Shown piece after piece: positions 22,775 to 34,257 of a DNA stretch of 64,000 nucleotides. The stretch covers positions 2,914,001 to 2,978,000 of the forward strand of contig CM035354.1 in assembly GCA_020137815.1 (NCBI GenBank), given 5' to 3'. Position 1 is the stretch's first letter; each line of letters begins with the position of its first letter. Under the pieces are notes generated by a model. The model saw nothing but the letters and a program-made list of their open reading frames with translations. It was not told where the DNA came from and ran no database searches. The position numbers were made by a program, and so were the translations under genes. Source of the stretch: Hormiphora californensis (Eukaryota; Animalia; Ctenophora).

Positions 22775-22923
22775 GGGTTACGTGTTGACTGTTGACTCTG
22801 TTTCGTGCACCCCGCCCGGTTAGGACATAACAAGCAAACGCTGCACCGTGCACAATAAAGACAAAATAATCCGACTTTAATCATAAAAAAAGAAGTTAAA
22901 TCAACGTTCTACATAAAGTAGTA

Positions 22924-23090
22924 CAGTCGGACCACGATTTGTGACATCCTCGGGGGAAAGGGTTTCGTCCACTAAATCGGGGTGTCCACTAAATTGGGGT
23001 CAAATAATGTTAATTTCCTATATTCGGGGGAAGATGATCCTGCCACTAAATCGGGGGCCACTAAATCGGGGTCTGACGGGTGTCCGACTG
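22924..23090. mobile_element. CAGTCGGAC MITE
   Basis: TA-flanked TIRs. Confidence 0.8.
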
Positions 23091-23173
23091 TAGTATTATT
23101 ATCATCAGGTGTAACATATTTATTTCTTTTTACAGTTATCGTTACAATCTATTTATATATCACGTTAAAACTA

Positions 23174-23842
23174 TATATACCCTGCTAACTTAAATAACCC
23201 GCCAGTGGCGAGAAGTCCCACTGGCGCGCTCTCAATATACAGCCAGTCCAGCGGCAGATTATTTCCCACTGGCTGGCTGTTTATTATTAACTCCTATGTT
23301 ACATTCAAAGTGTGTGTAAATGATCAGTTCTTACTGAAATACAGAGGGAACACTGTTTGCAAGAGTTACACACTGCATTGGAGAGAAAGAAACAACACAT
23401 TCCGTCAATTACTCTCTCTTTATCTTCCCTTTTGTTTCACTATCTCAATTCCTCTGTGTTATGTCTGGCATGCCCCATATCTTGTTATTTCTTTCTCTCT
23501 CTCCTTAGTAACTGTTACCAAACAATATACACTCAATTGAGAGATGTTTTTGACTGTTTCTCAGTTCTCTTTGTGTGTTTTGATTAGTGTTTTCTCTCTT
23601 GTTAGTGTGTAATACTTGAAACAAACAACTAAAGCAGGGTATATAACCTATAAACTCTGACCAATGGCACGTTATTGGTTTAAACCCCTCCGCCTCTCCC
23701 TCGGCTCCGCCTCGGGATCGTCGTCGTGATTTAAACCAGTTTATCCGCCACTGGCGGATAAACTACAGCTACCTTCTCCCAGCGGCGCGCTGGGAGAAAG
23801 GTATCTGAAATAACGTGCCAGTGGCCAGAGTTTATGGCTCAT
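23174..23842. mobile_element. ~670-bp composite repeat (second copy 44210-44890)
   Basis: Inverted repeat tatataccctgct/agcagggtatata plus ataaactctg/cagagtttat; close second copy. Confidence 0.8.
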
Positions 23843-24343
23843 TTACACCTTGTATTATATTTCTGTACTAAGAAGTCTTCATGTTTATTTTGCAATTCAT
23901 CTTTTCTAAATTGAGTGTTTATTTCTTCGAAGTAGAAGATTACTTGTTTTGTTCAAACCCAGGGAAACAGGGTCGAGCAAGGCAACAAGTGATTATCCCA
24001 ATAATTTAATAGACTAGCGCACCCATTGGGTGCGCCTCAAGTAAGGGCTTTTTGATAACCCACCCGGCTTCGCCGGGTGGTTCTTTTTGCCCTTTTCAAC
24101 GTCAATAAAACGGTTGCCATGACAACTGAATTGGTAACTATGGGGACTGGCATGTTAAAATTCATTCGGAAATATTAACAAACTTCCACTGGAAGTTCCA
24201 AAAGTGTGAATAGCAGCTTTACAGCTATGGGCCTATAAAACGTTTTATGAAGGAGCAGCCTGTCGCTTAGATACCGCTGAACGAACGACCACTTCGACGT
24301 TCATCTCCAAATTATAATAGAGATATACCCAACTACAGATATC

Positions 24344-24473
24344 ATGACCGAGTTTTTTGACAGTTCTGTAGAGCTGGATCAAAAGTACGCAAAGTTATTC
24401 TCGCTAGTTGACAAATCTAGATATATCGTTTTCTTCACTGGTGCGGGTATATCTACTGCTGCTAATATACCGG
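24344..24473 (+). pseudogene. Orphan first exon of a class IV (SIRT6/7-like) sirtuin
   Basis: MTEFFDSSVELDQK...IVFFTGAGISTAANIP, then donor gtatga; no DFRG-type next exon found. Confidence 0.65.
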
Positions 24474-24679
24474 GTATGAGAGGGAGAGAGAGAAGGAGAT
24501 AGATAAACGCAATTTCTCATCTTTACTCGTTAACTGACATGTTCCTAATGTCATTCCTAATGTCATTTATTGTGTACAGTCGATATTGTGAATGTAATTG
24601 ACTATTCAATAATGAAGAGTAACAAGACAAGACATAGCTTGAGAGTGTGCCCCAGACAGACCAACATACGATAAATATC

Positions 24680-25088
24680 AAACCAGACCAAGAACCTCTC
24701 AAAAACAAAACGTTACCTACCCGACCAAGACCCTCTCAAAGGCAAAACGTTACCTATTATCAAGACCAAGACCCTCTCAAAAACAAAACGTTACCTACCC
24801 GACCAAGACCCTCTCAAAGGCAAAACGTTACCTATTATCAAGACCAAGACCCTCTCAGTCTCAAAGGCAAAACGTTACCTAACGGACTAAGACCCTCTCA
24901 AAGGCAAAACGTTACCTACCCGACCAAGACCCTCTCAAAGGCAAAATGTTACCTACCCGACCAAGACCCTCTCAAAGGCAAAACGTTACCTATTATCAAG
25001 ACCAAGACCCTCTCAAAGGCAAAATGTTACCTACCCGACCAAGACCCTCTCAAAGGCAAAACGTTACCTAACGGACCAAGATCCTCTC
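24680..25088. repeat. ~36-43-bp minisatellite
   Basis: gaccaagaccctctcaaaggcaaaacgttaccta units. Confidence 0.9.
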
Positions 25089-25254
25089 GAATGTTCCAGA
25101 AATTTAAACCATGAGTCTCTTTCTCTCCTAGGGGAGAGAAAGGGACTCAGCGCCATAGTTACCACATACCCGGGTTGGTATGGAGGTTTGCTGAGCGTAT
25201 CCCATGGTTTAGTGACAAACAAACAAACAAACAATATACCCAACTACAGATATC

Positions 25255-25384
25255 ATGACCGAGTTTTTTGACAGTTCTGTAGAGCTGGATCAAAAGTACG
25301 CAAAGTTATTCTCGCTAGTTGACAAATCTAGATATATCGTTTTCTTCACTGGTGCGGGTATATCTACTGCTGCTAATATACCGG
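25255..25384 (+). pseudogene. Duplicate of the sirtuin first exon
   Basis: 24324-24551 is repeated at 25235-25461. Confidence 0.65.
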
Positions 25385-25958
25385 GTATGAGAGGGAGAGA
25401 GAGAAGGAGATAGATAAACGCAATTTCTCATCTTTACTCGTTAACTGACATGTTCCTAATGTTTTTCCCGATAAATTCATGTTATGGAAAGCAGGAATTA
25501 AAAACGACTTGCGGGTGTGACCCCTTTTTCGACACGTTTTTGATAGCCTCTGCACTGTTTCCCGTTTTTAGAGCTGAAATACACAACTGTTGAAATACTT
25601 AATCTAAACTTACACAAAAACATCAAATCATCAACTTATAATTTACGAAGTTCGGTCCACTAACATATTGTTATGAAAAAGCGCTCGGTTATATCTGAAG
25701 TTAATCCAGCCTTTTTCCAGAGTTGGACAGATATTTCAAGAGAAAGATTTCAGAAACCAAGATCTGACTCAACTCTGGAAAACGCGAGAAAAACTGCGTC
25801 TACAATCTGTAAACAACCGTGAACTGCTGTTGGTGGAGCCGTCACCTCTCTGCTACGTGGGCTTTGTGTTGCAGGCGCGCTACGCACGAGTTGTAAGGGT
25901 GACTGCGTCACCAAGAACTGCTGAGTTCCCAGTCCTTTTGAGTCAGTAGGTGGTGGGA

Positions 25959-27165
25959 CTATTTAAATGGCATGGTAGGTGGAGTTGGAGTTGGTGTCGT
26001 CGGAGAAGGGGGAGTTGGCTTCTCTTCGCATCCTCCAGTTAGCATTCTCTTAACATATCTAGATAGAGGTTGCCGCTCGGTCCTCCGAGAAGAATAGTTC
26101 GGTGGATGAAACATGTCACACATGTTTACCCTGGATCCATTCCACGCCATAATAAATCTCCTTCCCGTCGTTATCGTGTGAAAAACCCGGCACATTCCGT
26201 CAGTCTTGGGAATGGAAATGGAGAGGGTATCCCCAACCTTGATGGCAGCCTCTGATCCCCTGAGCACTTTCCCAACCTCAATAATGTATTCATCATATCC
26301 CCCTGGAGATGTCGTCATGGGGGCTGTAGTGTAGGCGGGGGTGGGAGGTGAAGAGAGGTACTCTCTGATATTGTCCCTCTCCCGAACAGGAGGGCGAATT
26401 TTAGGCCTTTGTGATACAACTTTCACCTGTAAGGACATTAAATACATGGTGTTCATTTTGGATCTTTACAAGCGTTGGGCTTCACCCAGAAAAAAGTTGA
26501 CAAGATTAGGTCGTGAAACTTCATACTTTGACTATATACCCTCAATTTTTTGCTGGTGCCGAGACTTTGCTAAAATGTTTTTTGGACTCAAAATTTCATA
26601 ACAAGTGGCTGGAAAGACTCTATTTTTGCCGTTTTTGAGCCGTTTCGAGACTTTCCAGCCACTTTTTACGAAATTTTGAGTCCGAAAAACACATCCAATC
26701 TCCATGAAACTTTAGGATAGACATAGAAAATACCAAAAAAACATTTTAGCTAAGTCTCAGCACCAGCAAAAAGTTCCTTCTGGTAGTTTTGATGCCAAAA
26801 ACTCACTTCCCGGGGTACTAGAGCTCCAAAAACCCCAGGAACCTTGAATGAGGGTATAGAATAGTCCAAGTATGAAGTTTCACGACCTAATCCTGTCAAC
26901 TTTTTTCTGAGTGAAGCCCAACGCTTGTAAAGATCCAAAATGAACACCGTGTACTATGTACAATAGAAAAATACACAAAATTACGATCATTTAATTCTAT
27001 AAAATGTGTTTTCTCCATCTATCTCTCTATCACGAGTACAAAACTGCCGATAAGTACCTGTAGAATAGGAGCTGTTTCGAAGCATATTGCCTCTCGGTAT
27101 ATCTGTGGAGCACAGGTACAGGCTTGGGCGACTGGGAGCAAGAGAATTACCAAAACAAACAGCAT
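25959..27165 (-). CDS. TIMP/NTR-domain secreted protein, paralog A
   Basis: Exons 27165-27058, 26426-25959; signal peptide then mature CTCAP; YIIEVGKVLRG; GMC; NMCD; Pro/Thr tail. Confidence 0.8.
26445..26951. mobile_element. TA-flanked MITE in the TIMP-A intron
   Basis: ~90-bp TIRs CATGGTGTTCATTTTGGATC / GATCCAAAATGAACACCGTG. Confidence 0.85.
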
Positions 27166-28133
27166 GGCGTGTGATGTGTTTTTCTTATCTTGTGCTTTAT
27201 AGGAGCTGAGAAGAAGCATAATTCATTTAGTACCAAATGTAGCCTTCTTTAACTGTAAATCTCTCTATGTTATGCTATCTCTCTCCCCAATCTCTCTCTG
27301 GTTATAAAATTGTTGACGTTCGTGTGACACACATCTGGTTAGGAAGGAAGGAAAGGCGTGCATTCGGGTAATGCAGCGTGAACATTAATTTGAATTTTTG
27401 CTGATTAAAAAAACTAAAACTCTGGTTTCCCGAAGTTAAGCCAGAACTCAAAAATCTCTGAAAACTAAATTCAAGTCCGGGTAGTGTAGCCGTCTAAACG
27501 GTTGGATTTGAGCTTAAAAGTCCCTTAAAGTCCCTTAAAAGGACATAATTATCTTATTTTTTATCCCTACTCCATTTCTAAAAGGATTTGAGATTTTGGA
27601 ATTAGGCTGAAATTACACTGAAATTTTAGTGTAACGGTTACAGTGTAACCAATTAGGCCCAATCGGGGCCCGGGGGAACTTCTTCAAGTACTAGGTTGAC
27701 ACACTTTTGGATGCTAATTCAGGGAATGATTCCCTGAATGATAATCCCTGGGCATCATTGGGATGTTTAAGCGAAACAATTAAAAAAACGACTTGTGGGT
27801 TTGACCCCTTTTTCGGTAAGTTTTTGAGCTTTGACAGCTTCTGTACTGTTCCCCTACAAGCCGTTTTTAGAACTAGGAATACACAGATATATAGATGTTG
27901 GAAAATAAACAAAGCTCATAAAACATCAACTTGTATTTTACGAAGATCCTTTCACTAAGTTAACATATTATTATAAAATGTATCTGTAGCTTTTTCCAGA
28001 GTTGGATCCATGGACAGATATTTCAAAAGAAGGATTACAGAAACCAACATCTGACTCAACTCTGAAAAACGCGAGAAATGCGAGATCTGTTTAAAAATTA
28101 TGAACCGCTGGCAGAGTTTCCAGTCCTTTTGAG

Positions 28134-29464
28134 TCAGTAGGTAGTTGGAGTTGGTGTCGTCGGAGAAGGGGGAGTTGGCTTCTCTTCGCATCCTCCAGTT
28201 AGCATTCTCTCAACATATCTAGATAGAGGTTCCCGCTCGGTCCTCCGAGAAGAATAGTTCGGTGGATGGAACATGTCACACATGTTTACCCTGGATCCAT
28301 TCCACGCCATAATAAATCTCCTTCCCGTCGTTATCGTGTGATTAACCCGGCACATTCCGTCAGTCTTGGGAACGGAAATGGAGAGCGTCTCCCCAACCTT
28401 AATGTCAGCCTCTGATCCTCTGAACACTTTCTCAACCTCAATAATGTATTCATCATGGTGTCTCCCGGGATATGTTGTCACGGGGGCTGCAGTAGTGGGG
28501 GTTGGGAATGGTGTTGAAGTGAGATACTCTTTGGTATTGTATTTGTACACCCTATCCCGGGACAGAGGGCGCATATTAAGCCTTTGAGTCACAACTTTCA
28601 CCTGAAAGGATATTAAAATACAATAGAAAAGAATTCTGTCGATAAAATCCATTTGTATTTCCCCGCCCGGATGAAGGCCGAAGGCCTTCACCCGGATGCC
28701 TTTTGCAAAAAGGCATAGGGGTTTAGAAATCTGTAACGGAAATAGTGACTATTTGTTATAGCAATAAAACCAGTTAAGATGTCCCATTTTAGTTGCGAGG
28801 GGCAACGTGTAGCAACTAGAGCCGTGCACACAACAACAAACTACTCCTTCACAAATAATAAAACCACTTCATTGACTCGTTTTCAGGAAATGTGTGGCGC
28901 ACAATTCCGCAATGTGGCGTGCAACTTAGTGCTACTAAAACACAAGGATTTGTTCTATACTGTTTTGGAATTTCGAGTGATATATAAATGATTGGAAATG
29001 TCTGTGCCACGTTCATATTAGATGCTTATAAAAATAACGGTTAGCGGGGCCCCACGGGGAAACATAGCATTATGAAACATTATGCATTTATTCTTGTTTA
29101 ACTGTTCAGGCCCAAATTCGTGCGTGTGCGATATTTTAATTTTTGACGTGCGTGGTACACGTTAACTTGTGATAGGCACACAAAACAAATCCGTACACGA
29201 GTTTGGGGGTGAACAGTTGGAAAAAATGGACTCAGGACTTGAAAGGGCTATACAAAAATCACAATCACTCATTTTTCTCTGCCCGGGTGAATGCAAAGGT
29301 ACTCTGCTACGGACCGTGATGACTGATGACACGCACTCCAAATTTGCTGTGCTTACCTGTAGAATAGGAGCTGTTTCGAAACAAATTTCCTCCCGGTATA
29401 TCTGTGGAGCACAGGTACAGGCTTGGGCGCCTGGGAGCAAGAGAATTACCAAAACAAACAGCAT
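28134..29464 (-). CDS. TIMP/NTR-domain secreted protein, paralog B
   Basis: Exons 29464-29357, 28601-28134; close paralog of A. Confidence 0.8.
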
Positions 29465-30911
29465 GGCGTGTGATGTGTTTTTCTTATCTTGTGTTTTATA
29501 GGAGTGATATGTTTTCCGGGTTTTATATTATCTTATGATATAATATGTTTTATAGGAGTAATATGTTTTCCGGGTTTTTTATTATCTTGTAATCTATCTT
29601 TTATAGGAGCTGAGAAGAAGCATAATTTAGTTAGTCCCACTGTAGCCTTCTTTAACTGTAAATCATAGCGCTGGCAAGCGCCCGGGGCCCAATCCTCCCT
29701 CCCCCAACCATCCTTCCCTTAAAAATGTCCATTTTCCAAGCATTCTTGCTTCCATTGAATGGAATATCGAAATTGCGAAAAAAAAATTTTTGAATTTTTT
29801 GAAAATTTTTGAAAATTTTGACAGCGCTACTATACTTATTGTCTGAAATCGGCGATTTCAACTTAGTTTTAGACAACCTTCTCGTTGTCCTACGAACATG
29901 CCGCTTGGTAGTTCGTGTTGCCTTGACACCTAGAGCACACGTTTAAAATTTCATGCAAATCGGAGTTACGGTTTTTGCGCTACAGATGGTCGTATTTTAG
30001 ACAAAATGTCCGTTTTTAGCGTGACGAACGACCGTAAAGTAACCACTTTTTTGCGTACACGATGGAGGCCACAGTTTTAAAGCTATCACCATGAAACTTT
30101 GGGAGTCGGTAGGTCTAGTGGTGTACCTTGTATTAAAGCTTGGACAGAGAAAACGGACAGTCATAACAAAAGTTATGACTGTCTTAAGTTTTCTTTGGCT
30201 TTTAAGACGGCCTTCCCGTCGTTCTACGAATACGCCGCTTAGTACGTGGTGTTGCCTTGACATCTTGAACACAAGTTCAAAATTTCAAGCAAATCCGAGT
30301 TACGGTTCTTCAGTTACGGTCATCTGACTGTATTAAGATTTAAGACGATTTTCAAAAAAACCTAAAAAAGAGCAAATTAAACTATAAATCATGATTTTAT
30401 GATACATATTTTGCCAACGTTGGTCAACTGCTGTATTTTCAGATATAATTGGTAGTCATATCTAGATTTATGACTGTCTTAAACTTAAGACGATTTAAAA
30501 AACACCTAGAAAGAAGGGATTCAGAGTCTAAATTAACATTGAATCAGATTTATTTTATAAAATTAGGTTTACTGTCGCATTTTCAGTTATAATTGGTAGT
30601 CATATCTAGAGTTATGACTGTCTTAAATATAAGACAATTTTATAAACATCCGAGAAAAAAGCGAATTAGTACCTAACCTGATTGTATCAGATATATCTGA
30701 TTATCAATGCGTATCCGTGATCATTATCCGTGACTAATAATCAAAATCATAGAATAATCGCGGAGAACGAATCGCGGATACATAATCAATCGCTGATAAC
30801 TAATAAATAATAGTAATCGCACATAACTAATCACGATAACTTATCGCAAATAAGTAATATATAGTAAGTAGTAACCAATCGCGGGTAGCTAATCGCAGAT
30901 AGCTAAGATCG

Positions 30912-31107
30912 CGATAACTGATTGCGATATTGAGTTATCCGCAATTGGTTGTCTGCGATTACTATCATATTAGTGATTCGCAATTGATATCCGATATTGG
31001 ATATCTATATATAGATATCCAATATCGGATATCAATTGCGAATCACTAATATGATAGTAATCGCAGACAACCAATTGCGGATAACTCAATATCGCAATCA
31101 GTTATCG
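30912..31107. repeat. Perfect spacerless palindrome, ~97-bp arms
   Basis: Symmetric about ~31009 (ggatatctatat|atagatatcc). Confidence 0.9.
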
Positions 31108-31224
31108 ATATATCTGCGATTGTTATGAGGCTACCTACAATTGTAAAAGTCCGTGAATCCCCAATCTGTGTTTATTAAGAATTACAAAATGCATGTCATA
31201 GTAGTATATAACAAAATGCCTGAT

Positions 31225-31662
31225 ACTAGATCCAAAAACCAAACAAGTTTGGTGGATAGCCGGGGCCGCAGAAATTAAAAAACGTGCGAAAGTTTTGATA
31301 CATGAACTTTCGGGGCCTGGGGTGCTGTTAAATTCGCGTTTCCATGATAGTCAGCCGTTCTTTCAAAGCACACTATGATTCTGTAAACCAGACTCTGAAA
31401 CGACCCACTGTGTGCAGCACATTATATGTGATATTTGTGGATCTGTATGTATGAAAATGTGTTATGTAAATTAATAATGATAATTTGATCATTGCAATAG
31501 TTTTCCTGGCGTATAGTTTGAAAATGTTGCTGGTTATGATCATGGAAACGCGAATTTAACAGCACCCCAGGCCCCGAAAGTTCATGTATCAAAACTTTCG
31601 CACGTTTTTTAATTTCTGCGGCCCCGGCTATCCACCAAACTTGTTTGGTTTTTGGATCTAGT
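31225..31662. mobile_element. MITE with ~120-bp TIRs
   Basis: actagatccaaaaaccaaac...ccatgat / atcatgg...gtttggtttttggatctagt. Confidence 0.8.
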
Positions 31663-32199
31663 CTCTCTATACTATCCCCTGCACGAGAGAGAGAAGACGG
31701 TAGGGGGAAGAGACGAGGAGCGGGAGAAGAGAGAGAGAGCAGAGAAGAGAGAGAGAAGAGAGAGGAGGAGGGGAAGCAGGGAGGGGAAGAGGGAGAAAGA
31801 CGAGAGAGAGCGGAGATGAGAGAGAGGAGAGAAGGAGAGAGCAAGAGAGAGATCTCGCTCTCATCTCTGCTGCTCTCTCTTTTTCGTCTCTTCTCTCTAC
31901 GTCTCTCATTCCTCGTCTCTCTCTCTTGGTGCTCTTCGTGTCTCCTGTCTCTCTTCTAGCTCTCTCTGCTCAAGCTGGCAGGTAGACGAGTGACTACAAC
32001 TGTCAGGGAGAGAGCAGGGGAGGAGTAGCGAGAGGAGAGGAGCTAGATAGCTGCTAGCATAGGAAGAGAGGATCGATGCGAGCTGCTAGGACTTGAGCTG
32101 CTATCGCGAGCGAGGAGTCGCGATACGAGAGATCGAGATCCGGTCACAGATGCTCGATCCTCTCTCTCTTGCTCTCGACGACGTACTCTCTCCTCTCTA

Positions 32200-32250
<51 letters not shown>

Positions 32251-32399
32251 TTCTCTCTCTATCTATTGTAATATGTATATAACGCTGGGCCTGTAACCAG
32301 TAACCCGTACAGCGTACAGTGTGAGCTGCGATAATCTGAAAGAATACATCTTGATAATATATTCCACAAATAACACTTCATTCAAAATTAGCTGCTCCA

Positions 32400-34115
32400 A
32401 TGGCGTTGCAGCTCTCTAAGCCCGGTGGGTTGCTGGCGCCGTTAATGACACGAGGCGCCCATCACAAGCTGTACCATAAGAAGAATGTTGATAACAACTA
32501 CCTGCGACAAATGAAACGAATACACTACTTTGATAGACTACAGTAAGTATTATTTGTATCAACAGTTATTTATTTGTACTATTACCAGTTAATTGTATCA
32601 ACAGTTATTTAATTACAATCAATGGCTAGCCTTAGTTCTTAAAATGTAGGTGTTCTAAAGTGTGCCTAATTTTTTCCCCGCCTGGGTGAATGCCGAAGGC
32701 ATTCACCCAGATGCCTTTTGCAAAAAGGCATAGGGGTTTAGAATTCGACAATTTAACAATTACATACTAGTGAAGTGTCACGCTTTTCCTGTAACGTAAC
32801 CTCCTGAGTTGCTGTTGGCAACTATCCAGTGCGGAATGCTGTCACTTACTGACTGAACACAACAGGAAGTTCGCGCGCATGTGCGCGGCGCCTTTATGTT
32901 GCACTTGCAATTACAATTGTTCATAGATTTGTCATCGCGCCCTACGTCATTGTGCAATGAACATTGTTCTGCATTTGCGATCGGAACTGCGACTTATTAT
33001 TACTAGGATATCACATAGCTCAGGCAACCCATCAGCTATACCGGCTCACGTATCAGTGCCCAATTAGAAGCAGGTGTGGCAACTGGCACAAGCCAGATCA
33101 CATGGTTGGCGGGGAAATCAGGCGGTATGGCATTATACCGCAATTATTCTTGTTGATTATTTATTTAATCAATTATTCCGAATCAGGTTAAACACTATAT
33201 CAGAGTCAGAATTATTACCAACGAGAATTAAGGAACAAGCGGCGAAGGACGTGAAAGGGTATCCTAAATACTCTCATGAATACACAGATACAGATAAGTA
33301 GGTTCCAATCCCCCATTAGCAATTTTTCACAGTTACATACTTTAATTAATTAACTTAATTGAATTTTAATCATTGTTTAATTTAATTGTTTAGAATACTT
33401 CTCTTTTTAACGCTCTGATATATCTCTACCAGGTGTGCTGTGACAGGTCACATGGCAGGTTGTATTCCCGATTACAAAGTAAACCGGATCATGTTCAGAA
33501 ACATGGCACACAAGGGTCAGATATCAGGACTGAAATATGTAAGTGAGGTTACCCAGCTTGTATTACAACTTGACTCATTAGTAATGAGTTATATTGTTGA
33601 TTAAATATCCTCACTATCACATGAGGTAATTACCAAATGACTCCTCAATGTTGTACGCTAATATTATCAGTTGATTACAACTACAGTCGGACCCCGATTT
33701 AGGGGCCCCCGATTTAGTGTCACCCCGATTTAGGGACAGGATTTTTTTCCCCCGATATAGGAAATTAACCTTATTTGACCCCGATTTAGTGGACACCCCG
33801 ATTTAGTGGACAAGAGCCTTTCCCCCGAGGGTGTCCCTAAATCGGGGTTCGACTGTAATATCATTTCAGTGGCAATACCCTAACTACAGTCGATGGGATA
33901 AGGAGAAGTTATCCTTCAGACTTATCCTTCTGGCTGACAAGGATACATACTACAAGAGAATGGTGACCAAATTGTGCAAGGACGATCCTGACTTTGCTGA
34001 GATAATCGAACGGAGGAAAAAGGAGATGAAATCGGATGTTAAGACGGACGATTATGAGTGGTGCCAGTGGCGAAATTATACCCCTGATAAACAAAATGAA
34101 GATTATAGGTTTTAG
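32400..34115 (+). CDS. MRPS14: Mitochondrial ribosomal protein uS14m with C-terminal extension
   Basis: Exons 32400-32542, 33187-33297, 33433-33538, 33870-34115; KCAVTGHMAG...VNRIMFRNMAHKGQISGL; presequence-like N-terminus. Confidence 0.75.
33684..33855. mobile_element. CAGTCGGAC MITE
   Basis: Near-identical to 9923-10095. Confidence 0.9.
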
Positions 34116-34257
34116 AGATGTGCACCTGTATTTGAAAAATATATATGAAACAATTACTTACATCAATTTCCTATTATTTATTTTTCATACAACACTTTTG
34201 CAAAACCCGCTTTTTAGTTGAGTTCTTTGTTTCGTTAAATCCCTCTTACTAGGGCAC

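Noticed and set aside
23205-23587. ORF conserved with 44241-44659
   Set aside because: Similarity reflects a repeated element; frames diverge between copies.
31660-32270. Glu/Arg- and Ser/Leu-rich ORFs
   Set aside because: Scrambled GA/TC low-complexity sequence, probably poor consensus.
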